Of a stretch of DNA of 64,000 nt, positions 23,351-35,361 are shown one piece after another. The notes below the pieces were generated by a model. The model was not told the DNA's origin. It worked only from the letters and a program-made list of their open reading frames with translations, and did no database searches. The DNA lies in NCBI GenBank assembly GCA_900088475.1, contig FLMG01004130.1, forward strand, positions 1 to 64,000, read 5' to 3'. Within the stretch, counting starts at the first letter, position 1; each line of letters begins with the position of its first letter. A program made the position numbers and the translations under genes. Source of the DNA: Hyphochytrium catenoides (taxonomy: Eukaryota > Protista > Hyphochytriomycota).

Positions 23351-24151
23351 TTTGAGGACTGATAACCCTTTAACCAAGCCTTGTTTGAAGAGCCGCAAAA
23401 TGGCCTCTTGGTGCTGAAGCGCTTTCAACTTGAAGATCTGTCCGCCGCTCTGTCGGATCAGGCACACCTCTCAGAGTATGAGCTGCGAAAGGCAAGGAAA
23501 GCATTATTGGAGCCTCCGTCCGATGCAGGGCAAAGCAAGAGAATCTGAAGATCTGAAGCTTCTACGAGTACAAAGCTTCTGAAGCGCCAATCACAGAATG
23601 AATCCTTCCAGAGCATGAAGGATTTAATATTTCCTCTAGATAACTAACTCTTTTAGGCTTTAGAGAATCATTCGCCTCGAAACCTTGAATCTTTCGTGCT
23701 CTGTCTCTACCTTCTGATGCTCACGGCTTGTGCCAGGTCGGCAGGTCCAGTCTGGTCAGTCCACCGGCTTGACTCTGCTGCTGCCGATGAAGAGTGAACA
23801 CTGAGACTGAGGACTTATCATTCAAGGCATAAAGACTTGAGGAGCAGACAGACTGAAGATTGAAAACTGGGAACCTGAACGCTGAAGACTGAAGAGTGAG
23901 GTTGAAGGCCGAATCGAAGATCTGTGGAGACACCTAGAAAAGCTCATTGCGAACACTGGTAAGGGTTGACACGGCGAGATTGCTGCTGTGCAGCTTTGAC
24001 TGGAACTAACTGCTACATTGCCTCCGTCCGCCTAAGGCTTCATAAGGAAGCGATCGCCGTGATTTTCCCGACTCGCTGCGGACACTAGACTTATCCCGCA
24101 CCGTGGAACGGAGCTATTTGCTTCTTCCTCCTACCTGGGGGACCGAGTAAC

Positions 24152-25060
24152 ATGGATAACGGGGTATGTAGAAGTGACGTCAAGAGGCCGTTGGTTATCT
24201 TGTGCTAACCTTTGCTTCGGTACTAGAATGCAGAGGTGCAAAGTTCCTTAGACTCATTAGTACGGAGGTACGGCTGGCTGTTGATCATCCTTTGTTAGAT
24301 GCCTTCCCTCCCTGCCTGACGTTCTCTTTCTGCACAACTCTCGTTCCCCTTAACGTTTGGTTGAAGGCTCCCTGGAGCTCAAGCTCTTGTGGTTAGCACA
24401 GATGACGGCGTTCCGCTCTTTCGAGGTATGAGAATGACTACTTGTGGCGGCTTTCGAAAGCCAGTACAGCTAATGTACAGAGTCCGTAGCCTCGTCCGCC
24501 TCTTCTAAGGCTGACATACGTAAGGAGGTTGTAGAAACTTCAATGGCAGAGGTCTTTGGCATCATCAGTGAGCAGGTGGGTCTGTGGTGCTATCTCTTTC
24601 ACTTTAGGATGTTTTCTGTCCTTAGACCCAAGGCGCTTCTCCTCCGTCAGTAGTTCCAAGCTCGTATTGTTTGTCGCAGTGGGGTCTATGGGCCTTCCAA
24701 TGTCCATTCTTTCCGTAGATAGTGATCATACTCTACACTTTGCGTTTAGGTGCTCGGCCCAGAATGCCGGCTAGTGCTTTCTTGTCACGCTACCTTCCTG
24801 ACTATCAGTGGTACTTTCCTCTGACTCTCATTGACTGAAAACTTGCCTAGGCCTCGAAGTTAAGATTTGGGAAGCTGAAGTCCGTCACCAACTTCTATGG
24901 GAAATCTGTCATTGTACACGCAGACTGCTCGCCCTTGGTCCTCTCCATTGTCGCCAGCAGTAGCGCCAACGTTGGTGCTATTCTTGCTGTTCTTCCTACC
25001 ATTATTAAGGCTTTAGAGCCTTTGAGAGGAGCAGTTGAAGCAGCGGAGTCTGCCAACTAA
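24152..25060 (+). CDS. LAMTOR3: Ragulator subunit LAMTOR3/MP1 (roadblock fold), multi-exon; absent from the ORF track
   Basis: Spliced exons: MDNG|NAEVQSSLDSLVRR|LPGAQALVVSTDDGVPLFR|...SMAEVFGIISEQ|ASKLRFGKLKSVTNFYGKSVIVHADCSPLVLSIVASSSANVGAILAVLPTIIKALEPLRGAVEAAESAN*. This follows the LAMTOR3 consensus (IVVSDRDGVP...ASKLGLGKNK...PLVVSFIASSxANxG). Confidence 0.85.
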
Positions 25061-25796
25061 TGATTGACTACCTTTCCTTAACACGTACTGTTGTCTCCTC
25101 TGTCTTGCACCCTTGTTCGGTGGCTCTCTTTCTATCACTTTATCAACATTGGCTCGTCGATCTCACCTTTCTCTTGAAGTGACGTTATTACACTTAGATC
25201 TATTAGGTTAAGCCCCTTTGTCTAGTCATCAGTGCGTTATCTTCCTTCAAGAAAAAGATGATCAATATCTTCCCACAATGCTGCCGCTGCTGCTGCTGTA
25301 TGAAGCAAGCGGAGAGCATGGGAGGGCCACGATAGTTATCCAGTTGCCTTACGTTCTTCCCACAGGGCATTGCATTGAGTTTCTATCACGCTATTCGATC
25401 TCTCTTTGTCTCTTGACTGGCGCCCGGACTAAGTTGAGCCTTTCGGCCTCAGCTGAAGCTCGGTAACGGATCGACAATAAGTACCATCGAAGCGACGAAA
25501 AAAAGAGGATGGATGCTCAAGGTACACTTCTTTATGACAGGATTGCACGGTGGTACAGTCCTTACCGGCGAAGCAGTATATGAAATTTATAGGCCATCCA
25601 TAGCAGTGGAAGAATACGACAATAACAGGACCAGTTCAGGCTGTCAGAAGCTTCAACGAAGGATTCATTCTCATTTCGCAGATTCCGCATTGCAGGAGGT
25701 CGTAGAGCCAGCGGCGCGGCGAGAGCAATCTGCATATCTGACAGGCTTGCGCGCCTCAGCAATGAGCACGATCTGACAGAGGAAGACGCGGGAAGC

Positions 25797-27179
25797 ATGG
25801 AGTCAGCCGATAGGGCGGCATGGAACCCTCCCAGAGAGACAGAAGAGACGGCAGTCGTGCAGCAGATAAACGTACTGGAGGAAGTGTTTGGCACTGGCAA
25901 GGTGCTAACGACTCAAGATAAGTCAAGCTCCTGGGGTCCCATACATTTCTGGTATGAGTCAACAGAGGCATTCCAAGACCCTGAGTCTCAACAGCGCAAG
26001 GATTTCGATGGTCTTCTGAACGAAGATTCGCTGCGCTCCGCTCTGAAAGAAATCTCTATTGATAGTCCAGAGCTTGATCAGGCTTTCTCTGAGGTCCTGT
26101 TACTCTTGACGAGGGTCAAAGTGCTTCGACTCTTGCTCTGGCATTTATATAGACTTCTTTACCTTCAGCGGCTGGACCATATCAAGCTTGCTGCTGAAGA
26201 ATGGCCCAATCTTCCCGAAGACCATCAGCCTGAAGGTGATATGTTCTATGCACTGTTGGTCGTCCTTGGCGTGCCACACCTTTTTGATCTCAACAGGAGT
26301 CGGAACATCCCTAGGCAGTACACTGTCGACACCTTGGACGATATCTGGCGCTGGATAAGACATAACAAGCGGGTCAAAGGGCGATATGGATTGCAAGCGG
26401 AGCACGCAGACTGGCTTCTTAACCATCTCTCAGGCGCTCTGTTTCGTCTTGGTCGTCTGCAGTTCCATCAGCAACGATGGCATTATGGGCACCGTGTCTT
26501 TAGGCACAAGAAGGAACAACATCGCATCCAGGTACTGGCTAACCCTAAGATAACCTATGATGGAGAGGGACTCTGCTTTGCTGAGTCATCTACTGGGAAG
26601 GTAATAGTAGGGGAGGTGTGGCGGGGAAAGGTAGAACAACGTGGGGCACAGTGCATTGAAGGCAATCTGATTGACGGAGAGATGGGTATTGCCCTGAAGG
26701 AGAGCTGTGTGTCTCTCGTAGCTGAGGAGTGGGAATGCATCCTGAAAGATGGTGACAGCTGCCTTCTGGTCCACATCCCAGAAGGCGCTCCTCTTTATCC
26801 GTCCGCCTGCAAGGCGTCCTTTGAACAAGCCTCGAAGTTCTTCCCCACATACTTCCCGGACTTTCCGGTGCATGCCTACTTCACGGATACCTGGCTGCTA
26901 GATCCTCTGCTGGGTCAGTGCATGCCACCGGGTAGCAACATCGTCCAGTTCCTGAGGGAGTGGTTCCTCCTTCCATTGCCCCATACCTCAGATGAGCAAA
27001 CTCTTGAACGGGTATTCGATATCTGGGACAAGCACCAGCTGCACAGTCTTCAGGTCTCCGATCTCCCTCAGAATACGCAGCTTCAGCGCGCGGTGGTTGC
27101 GCTGATTAGGACACAGAAGCGGATATTGGAAGGACTTGGCGTCATACTGCCCGATGACTGGCGCCGATGGGGTGAATAG
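25797..27179 (+). CDS. Bacterial-type N-acyltransferase (NAT_N/DUF5596 + GNAT_C; glycopeptide acyltransferase-like), intronless
   Basis: 460-aa ORF with WLLNHLSGALFRLGRLQF, LVHIPEGAPL...CKASFEQASKFFPTYFP, TWLLDPLL...SNIVQF, LERVF and LPQNTQLQRA. The frame is also open ~38 codons upstream of the ATG. Confidence 0.8.
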   Translation: MESADRAAWNPPRETEETAVVQQINVLEEVFGTGKVLTTQDKSSSWGPIHFWYESTEAFQDPESQQRKDFDGLLNEDSLRSALKEISIDSPELDQAFSEVLLLLTRVKVLRLLLWHLYRLLYLQRLDHIKLAAEEWPNLPEDHQPEGDMFYALLVVLGVPHLFDLNRSRNIPRQYTVDTLDDIWRWIRHNKRVKGRYGLQAEHADWLLNHLSGALFRLGRLQFHQQRWHYGHRVFRHKKEQHRIQVLANPKITYDGEGLCFAESSTGKVIVGEVWRGKVEQRGAQCIEGNLIDGEMGIALKESCVSLVAEEWECILKDGDSCLLVHIPEGAPLYPSACKASFEQASKFFPTYFPDFPVHAYFTDTWLLDPLLGQCMPPGSNIVQFLREWFLLPLPHTSDEQTLERVFDIWDKHQLHSLQVSDLPQNTQLQRAVVALIRTQKRILEGLGVILPDDWRRWGE

Positions 27180-27292
27180 CAGTATCGGCACTAGCAGCCG
27201 CGCAAGGCGCAGACGGTAGACTCACATGCTTTGTGCCAATAGATCGCATCCGTGAGAAGGCCCTTTATAGCCTGCAGTTCTACCTCCATATT

Positions 27293-27964
27293 TTAAAAGC
27301 AACAGTCACAGTCAAAAGGACAGAGATCGGTCCCGCCGCCTTGTCCAATGCGTAGTGCCTCCTCACTATAGATATTCATGCCCAGCTCTCCGTCATAGCG
27401 GACTGGAGAGACGGAAGAAGCGCCAAGTGGTCAGACTGCAATGTGGTTACGGGACAAACAATAACTAAGGCGATTACCTGGTCTAACATCATCCCATGAA
27501 CGGCCACCTCCTGACGCTGCAGGTAAAAGAGGCAAAGCAATGAGACCAGGTCAAGGGAGCGGACAAAGTGCATGATACCAACCAGCAACTCTCAGGCCTG
27601 TTTCTCGAGTTGACTTCGCTTTTTTCGATTTTCTTTGGATCTCCGCTTCCTTCTTTCGTTCAGCATCAGCCTTCTCTCGTTGCTCGCGCTTCTTGTTGCT
27701 TAAGGAAGTAAAAAGATCATCTATAGACCCCGTGTCGGCCTTTAACTTCATCGTAGTCTTCTGAGACTTGGACACTTCATTGCCAGGTGTTGCTGCCAGG
27801 ACCGAGCTCTGTTTTTGCGATACTTCAGGGCGGCCTTTGGCTGGCTTGTTCTGTCCTTCTCCTCCCTTGCTCTTGTTCTTCATGTTTTTACTTATTGGAG
27901 CCTCTTGGTTGGTCTGCGGGCGCCTTGCATTTGCTTTCTTCTTTTGGTTCTTGCCGTCCGCCAT
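27293..27964 (-). CDS. DUF1764 family small basic protein, 3 exons
   Basis: Lys-rich N-terminus, SIDDLF motif and spliced C-terminus VRYDGELGMNIYSEEALRIGQGGGTDLCPFDCDCCF*, the DUF1764 signature. Confidence 0.88.
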
Positions 27965-28679
27965 GACCTTGCACAACGTTGACGTAGGGACTGTCTACCG
28001 AGCTGCCTGCCATATACCACCAGTTGAACACACCTAGCAACGTCCTTTTATCCCACAGATCCCCTAGCCTTGCAACGTACGACGCTTCTGCGCTGAGGCG
28101 GTAGAGCCGTGAGTCCAGTTGCCGCAGTGTCACGATCATCATGCTCATCATCATGCATCATGCATCATCCATCTGGAGAAGCCACTAGAACTACCTCACT
28201 TCCTAGAGAAGCAGCTAGAGGAGCAGTGTGAACGGACAAGGGAGGACCGAAAGAACCCCAATAACTGGTGTTAAAAAACCCAACGAGACCACAGACCTCC
28301 CCCTGGAGTATGTGTGGTTATCACGGCACTTGATCTTCAGCCGACGGCCCGTTACCTAGCCGCCAGCGGCCCAGCGGTCAGTAAAGGGAATCGAGCTCAG
28401 GATACCTTTGAAAGTAGAGCTCCTGCTAGGCAGAAGAAGAGACGGCTTCTACTGGCGAAGGCCTAGGCTGTTGCTTGCTATTTATGTGATGTGCCTGCCC
28501 TTTCCCGCGTACGATACCGTTAGCAAATATATATAGAGCTTAGAAGTGCCGGCTTGCCCGACCTTGGCAGTGATAGCTGGCTTAACGAGGAAGCACTTTC
28601 CTTGCCAGCGGGGTAAGGATACCCATGCAAAGCTTTTTTACTTTAGAAGTCATTGACATACAGCTTTATGCGGTTCTCA

Positions 28680-29440
28680 CTGTTTGGTCTGGATTGAAGC
28701 CACGCATGCAGCTAGGACTCAGCTTTGTCCTTGAGTAGCTCAAGGCGAGCGTACCTCTGGCGACCCCATCCTCGCATTCGAGAGAAGGAACGTGTCGATC
28801 GCTCTGACCCATTGCATGATGACTAAAGGAGAAGCAAATGCCCCGCCGTGGATTAACTTCGTCAAGTTAAGTGTCGCGAGGCAGGCCTAATCCGTTGTGA
28901 TGAAATTCCCATCGCCAAGCCCTCTCACCTGGCTCCGAAGCGTCACTCTGGGAGTCCAGGTCGTCCGGGGTCGACAGTCGGATGCCCGTTAGCAAGCGAG
29001 AGCCCGGCGTTGTGTGGGGCAGCAAGCGACGGGCGCTTATCAATAGTCGCAAACCCGGGCTGCTGCTTCTGAGCTGCACCAGGTGTGAAAAAAACCGGCC
29101 AAGTATGCCTTGGTTGGATTCTTGTGTCGCCGTCGCTACCTTATTCTCGGTGGGGGTCGGCAAGACCAGCGGGGTCCTTTGCCCTAAGGGGGCCGGTGGA
29201 GGTGCTGGCCTCTCTCTCGGTCTTGTCCGCGACCATGAGAGACTTGAGGTTTTCCAGTTAGCCTGCCCTGGGACAATAGGACTTAACGACGGTTGATTCA
29301 CAAGCCAACAGAGTTCCGCCGCGGGGCGACTGCTTCTCCTTTAGCAACCATTCATTGGGTAAGGGCTATGGGCAGCTACCTCAAGGACAAAGCTGAGTCC
29401 TGGCTATAAATGGCTTATATTTAATCCCGAGCGAACAACG
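28680..29440. repeat. Imperfect inverted repeat pair flanking ~620 bp (possible decayed TIR element or inverted TE fragments)
   Basis: 28711-28740 gctaggactcagctttgtccttgagtagct is the reverse complement of 29374-29404 agctacctcaaggacaaagctgagtcctggc, with 1 substitution and 1 indel. Weaker similarity continues outward for ~30-40 bp. Confidence 0.7.
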
Positions 29441-29499
29441 CAACGAGCACCAGCGACCTGGAGTGAGCTCGCTAGGGCTCAGCAGGAGAGAGACAAGTG

Positions 29500-30700
29500 C
29501 CACCTTCTGGTCCCACCACCTGCTTTATTAAGAGAGATAAGCGAGGGCTTGTACAACCTCAAGAGAGAAGCGAGATCTTGTACTTCAGGGGAGTAGTTGG
29601 TACCTTGTAAAGAGTAGACACATATACCGCCCCCCGTCTTGGTCTTGGGCATATCATTATCCCTTCACTAGTCATCTCTTCTTCTCGTTCTTGGCCTATG
29701 AGCTTAGAAAAAGGAAAGACAATCCTCATTTTGCACGAGATAGAGTGTCCTCAACAGCTAGTGAAGCCTACACCATCGACAAAATCGTGAGGTTTATCTA
29801 TTCTCGAGTCATGGCTCTGGAACGACTAACCCAAGTTCAACGACCCGTTGATGACGACGTTATAATAGGACTGTCCATCCACAACGATGGATCAAGCAAA
29901 AGTGTCACGACCTGTTGTTGTTATGCTACTAGAGAGAAGTAAGGTGGATTGTGCTTTTATTGCTGCATGTTGGCACTTCTTTCCAATAATCAAGGAGGAG
30001 TCTAGCACTTTAGCCAGAGCGAGGAGCGACTTTGATGGGTCGATTGGCTTTTAAAAGTCATGGAGACACGTCAAATCACCACCTGAGACTATTCCTCTTA
30101 CTTGTACGACTCTTTGGAATGTATAGCACGTCTGCACCCATTCGTACATTCTAGGGAGAAGGACTCTAGTCTGGTTCTTGGAGTAGCTCTATTCTGCTCA
30201 TGAAAGGGAGGAAGTGGTAAGACATCAAGAAAGTCCACGGACGGTAAAAGCAGCCTTCCCCAGATCAATGATTTGCTAAAAAGATAGTACCCAGATGCTG
30301 AACGCGCAAGCTCCTCTCACAAAACACCACTTCCCCTTTCTGCTGGTTCTTCGGGTTACTTGTTTTCCTTCTAGAACTACTTGGTTGTCCATGTGCAGGC
30401 AAAGAACGCTAACTTCTACCACTGATGACTAGTAGCAAAGTCGTCCGCGAAGAAGCCCTCTACTTTCTTTTTCTCCATCCTGCCGACTCCTAGAAGCTCT
30501 CGTAAGATCGCCACACCACCAAAGATCTCTCTTATTAGAAACCCCTAGTAGTCTTTCTTTTATGGTTCAAACACCCTCGGTTATCGTGGTTTTGAAGCCT
30601 CCTAAAGAACGCCATTTATCAGTGGAAAGAGTACGTCCCTGTTAACATTAGCAAGTAGCTTGTACAGGTGCCCAAGAAGCTCAAGTTGAAGTGTTGGGTG
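29500..30700 (-). mobile_element. Probable decayed LTR-retroelement debris
   Basis: Minus-strand PPT-like AAGACGGGGGGG just before TGTG (~29620-29640), followed by AATAAA ~100 bp downstream. No ORF, TAG/CTA-rich. No protein motif recognised. Confidence 0.25.
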
Positions 30701-31489
30701 GTCAGTCAGAGCTCAGAGCTCAGTGAGGAGTTGGCGATAACTTCCGGATCAGAAATCACCGAGAGCTTTTGCCAGCAAGCCTCAACCTATTCCGGATAAT
30801 AACCCAAAGCGAGACAAGTCCGTCGAGCAATTCACAGGTTTTTCGTTCCTTGAAGCTAGAGTCCTTCTGAATGAGAGCGATGTATATATGGAATATATGA
30901 ATTGACGGTTCAGCTGATGATGGCGGATTTTTTGAGAATTGTGATGAGTCGGTCAAACTTCGAGGACCTCTCAGCCAATAGGAAGCGAGGACCAGCACAG
31001 CAGCCAATCATCTGTCAGAGGACATACTATTGCGGAATAGACCGTACTATATAGATAATATAAGGGTGACCAGTGTACTACTACTGCTGGGCGTATGTCT
31101 AGTCCCCTCAGAGCGGGTGGGAGACGAAAGAAGGTGGGTGGGAGGGCGGATAGGCCCTGATTGCGCTTGATTTTGTTCTCGAGTTTCTCAATTGCTGCCT
31201 GATGAAGTTTTCAAACGTCCAGTCCCGGAGGTTTTCTGCACCAGCCTGATACCATCCCACCCACCCTACCCTGATCCTTCGCCGCCATGGCCCTTCAACC
31301 TTTGAAGACTGAGGAAGGGGGAAGAGCATGTTGGCGTCGTCTGTACATATGACTGGCCTTTGTGTATGATGAAATTATGTGGGTCTAGGCCTGATCCTAT
31401 ACCGCCCTGGGCCCTCCCGCCTTTATCAAGCGGTTATACGCCTTCAACAAATTAACGCTATACAACAGCCACAAGAAAAGCTGGACCTC

Positions 31490-31500
31490 TCCCTCTCTCT

Positions 31501-31542
<42 letters not shown>

Positions 31543-32240
31543 TCTCTCTCTCACTCTCTCTCTCGCTCTCTCTACCTCTCTCTCTGTTCCTGCCTTTCTC
31601 TCTCTCTCTCTGTTCCTGTGCCTCTCTCTCTCTCTCGCTTCTCTCTTCTCAGCTTGTACGTCTCTCTCTCTCTCTCTCTCTCTCTCGTCTTCTGTCTTTT
31701 TGTCTGTCTCGTGTTTTCCCCCATCTTTCTCTGAGACACACGCCACATCACGCTGCAGCTCTTCACACAGCACTGCGGTCCCTGACCTGATCATAGAGTC
31801 TTTCTTAGAAACAACAGCATCGACGCCCTAACGCCTTTCTACNNNNNNNNNNNNNNNNNNNNNNNNNNNNNNNNNNNNNNNNNNNNNNNNNNNNNNNNNN
31901 NNNNNNNNNNNNNNNNNNNNNNNNNNNNNNNNNNNNNNNNNNNNNNNNNNNNNNNNNACGCTGCAGCTCTTCACACAGCACTGCGGTCCCTGACCTGATG
32001 ATAGAGGCTTTCTTAGTAAAAGCAACAACAGCATCGACGCCCTGACGCCTTTCTACCCCACGCCCAGGCTCTTTTCAGTCTCTCTCTCTCTCTCTCTCTC
32101 CCTCTCTGCTCTTTTCTCTCTCCTCTCTCTCACTCTCTCTCTCTCTCTTCCCCCTCGCCCTTTCTCTCTCTGTCTCATTTTCTCCCTCCACTTTTGTCCC
32201 CCTCCCTCTCGTTCTCTCTCCTCTTCCCTCTTTTGCTCCT
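31490..32240. repeat. (CT)n microsatellite tracts around an assembly gap
   Basis: Direct inspection: 31490-31700 and 32075-32240. Confidence 0.9.
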
Positions 32241-32542
32241 TCCGCCCTCCATCTCTCACTCTCGCCCTTTTGACTTCCGCTGTCTCTCTTCCTTGAGCTC
32301 TTCAGTCTTCCGCTCGCCGCCCGCGCCCAGCCATTTGCTCGCATTCTTCCCTCTGCAGCTTACTCTCAGATCTCCAGCCAGACAGGCAGAACAGGGCAAG
32401 TTGTCTTTCTCTAAGCGTCTCCGCTGTCTCTTTCCATCCACAGCTGTTCTAAGACTAAGGCCAGAGAAGGAGAAGTGACGAGGCACGCTGCGAAGAATAG
32501 CACTAAGAAGCCTTTTTGAAAGGAGAAAGAAAAAGAGTCACG

Positions 32543-33625
32543 ATGAACAGCATTCCTAGCCCATCTTCCAACAGCGCTCCGGCGTCTGTTCTCACCGGCA
32601 GCCAGCTCTACAAGCTCAGAATGTCCTCTCTTTCTGGACAGAAGATTGCTGCCTGCAGTCCAATGAAGAACGCGATGGTCTCAGAGCTAAAGCAGAACAA
32701 GGCAATTAGTCCCTGGGTGAAGGTTCTAGCAGGAATGTCTGGCGGTGTAGCTGAGGCCATGCTCTTGCAGCCGCTGGATGTCACCAAGACGCGTCTGCAG
32801 CTGGACAAGGCCGGGAAGTATAAGGGCATGGTCAACTGTGGCCGGACAATCTATGCAGAGGAGGGCTTCAAGGCGCTGTACAAGGGCCTCACGCCCTTTG
32901 TCACGCACTTGACCCTCAAGTACGCGCTTCGTTTCGGCTCCTTTGCTTGGTTCAAGAAGGCTCTGGGCTCAGAGGACCCCACCAAGAATCAGAACTATGT
33001 GAACTTCTCAGCTGGTCTGCTGGCTGGCGTGCTGGAGTCCATTCTTATCGTCACACCCTTTGAAGTGATCAAGACTCGTCTGCAGAAAGAGATCGGAAAG
33101 GGAAGATTCTCTGGCCCAATCAGCTGCGTGAAGCACGTAGTGACAGTTGAAGGCCCAACGGCGCTGTGGAAAGGAAACGTCCCAACGATGATTCGTCAGG
33201 GCTCAAACCAGGCGTTCAACTTTATGGCCTTTGCCTGGCTGAACAAGTACATCTGGAAGAAAGAAGATGGAGATGGCAAGAAGCTTGAGGACTGGAAGAC
33301 CTTTGCCAACGGTCTGCTTGCAGCAATCCCTGGGCCTCTCCTCAACACTCCTATGGATGTACTGAAGACCAGACTGATGGCACAAGAGACTGTGCCAGGC
33401 AAGCCTCTGAAGTACACAGGCTTCTTCCAGGCGTTCCGCGTTATCGCAGCAGAGGAAGGTATGACTGCACTCTGGAAGGGTATCGTACCTCGTCTGGCCC
33501 GTCTGGCACCAGGACAGGCCATCACCTGGACAGTGGTGATGCGTGTCAGCCACTACTTTGAGAACCATCAGGCGACGCTGGACGCACAAGCAAGAGAGCC
33601 TGCCCTTCTTAAAGCCTCATCATAA
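32543..33625 (+). CDS. SFC1: Mitochondrial carrier, succinate/fumarate (SFC1/ACR1-like), intronless
   Basis: Three PxD/ExxKxR signatures (PLDVTKTRLQ, PFEVIKTRLQ, PMDVLKTRLM), plus KYALRFGS, RQGSNQAFNF and RLAPGQAITW, typical of SFC1. Confidence 0.88.
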   Translation: MNSIPSPSSNSAPASVLTGSQLYKLRMSSLSGQKIAACSPMKNAMVSELKQNKAISPWVKVLAGMSGGVAEAMLLQPLDVTKTRLQLDKAGKYKGMVNCGRTIYAEEGFKALYKGLTPFVTHLTLKYALRFGSFAWFKKALGSEDPTKNQNYVNFSAGLLAGVLESILIVTPFEVIKTRLQKEIGKGRFSGPISCVKHVVTVEGPTALWKGNVPTMIRQGSNQAFNFMAFAWLNKYIWKKEDGDGKKLEDWKTFANGLLAAIPGPLLNTPMDVLKTRLMAQETVPGKPLKYTGFFQAFRVIAAEEGMTALWKGIVPRLARLAPGQAITWTVVMRVSHYFENHQATLDAQAREPALLKASS

Positions 33626-34512
33626 GGCTTCGATAGGGGCAAGAGGATAGAAAGGAGGAAGGAGCAAAGGGGTCGGACGTACCGTAGCTCTAGAAAAAGA
33701 GCGAGCAGCTGTCAGGTTTCAGAGGGATCAGCTTCTGCTGGGTCTCATTGATTATTTATCTTGTTAGATCCAAAGCTTGTGCCATGAGAGAGGAGAAGAA
33801 GAGAGGGATGGTGAGCTCATCTTCTTAGCCTTTCTATAATAGTAGCTTACTAAATAAATGGAGATCGTCGAGCAGATACTGAGCTGACCTATGCCTTCTG
33901 GGGAGCAATGCTACCAGGAGGAGTGGATCTACAATGTGACAGTAGCTTGAGAGAAAGAGCAGACACGAACTAACAAGGGGAAGGAGAGGGAGAGAGCAAG
34001 GACCGTCAAAATGGCTCTAGACAAGGACATTATCTCCTCAGAGGGGTCAAGGGAGCAGGAGAGGCCGTCGTCACCACCTTCCTCCATCCGGGATTGTTCT
34101 CAAGAGCTACAGACGTGGTCATCTTCTGGGTGAAGAATGAAAAGCGAACTAGGCCAATGAGACATGAGACATCCCATTGCCAGATGGCGCTCAGAAGCGA
34201 AAGAGAAATAATCAAGAGGGTATGAAGCCAACAGAGGAGATGCATTAGTGACAAAGCCAATAATCCGAAATGGCAGCCATCGCGAGGGAGAAAAGACAGA
34301 GGCATCTGAAGGCGCAGAGGCGTCCCCAGACGTCCTGAAAACAGGGCTATCAGAGGTTTAACGTTCATGAGTAAGCGACAGGAACGTTTAACTGAATTGC
34401 GCTCTGTCTATCTCTTTCGACTCTAGAACATATCTCTCTCTCTCTCTGTGGCAGCTGCTGCTGTCCTTGCCTACAACCATCCAGAGAAAATAAATAAGAA
34501 CTTGCAGGATAC

Positions 34513-34838
34513 TCATGAGCAAAGCTGGGGAAGAAGTCCTTTCGAGACAAAATTTTCAAACTGCGCGTCCAGCGGCAGTTCTGTCTCCTGTGTGGCAGCC
34601 GATAGGCGAACCAGAAGCTCCTCAAAGTCATCGTAGAGCACTTCCAGCGGCAGGATATCCAGAGGGTCCACGTAGTCCTTAGTGGTTATCGCTGCTCCTA
34701 CGATCTTTAGTTCACGAAGACGCCAAACAGAAACAGCAAGTGGGCTTTAGTGTGGATGGAGTATAGGAGAGCAAAGAGAGAGACAGAGAGAAGAGCTTTT
34801 AAGGTACAAACAAGCCGAAGACTCTGTGTGTGTGTGCG

Positions 34839-34871
<33 letters not shown>

Positions 34872-35315
34872 AGGACGCGCTCAGTGATAAATCTGGTCAC
34901 AAAGGGTTCACACGATGACCGTCCAAGACAACATAGATCCCTAGGTCTAAGCGTCTAAGAACTTCAAGAATAGGCGTCAAAGAGAGAAGGAGAGAGAATG
35001 AGAGATAGAGAGGTAACGATGTACTTCGCTAACCTGTAGTGCCTTGTCAAAGGGAAAGTCTCCTATGACAGGCTTCAGCCCTTTCATTAACGACTTCACA
35101 GAGAGTCCTTGTCCCTCTTTCCCTCCGTGGAGCTTGAAGACCGGTTCCAGGTTCTTCTGATGGTGAGACAGTAATGCCTGGATCCTTGGAGAATGGTGCC
35201 TCTGTGTCCTAAAGTGATTCAAAGAGTCCACCTGATATGCACATCATCAACACAGAGAAGAAAGAGTCAGAATGGGCCGAGAGGCAGTGTTGACCAGAGA
35301 GTGAAAGAGTGAGAA

Positions 35316-35361
<46 letters not shown>

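Noticed and set aside
25513-25776. 87-aa ORF just upstream of the acyltransferase
   Set aside because: Different frame, no recognisable motif, and it contains intron-like signals. Probably 5' UTR or intron sequence.
31750-32055. ~95-bp direct repeat (31750-31842 and 31958-32055)
   Set aside because: The copies directly abut either side of an N gap and differ by a few SNPs/indels. These are most likely two haplotypes left unmerged by the scaffolder, not a real duplication.
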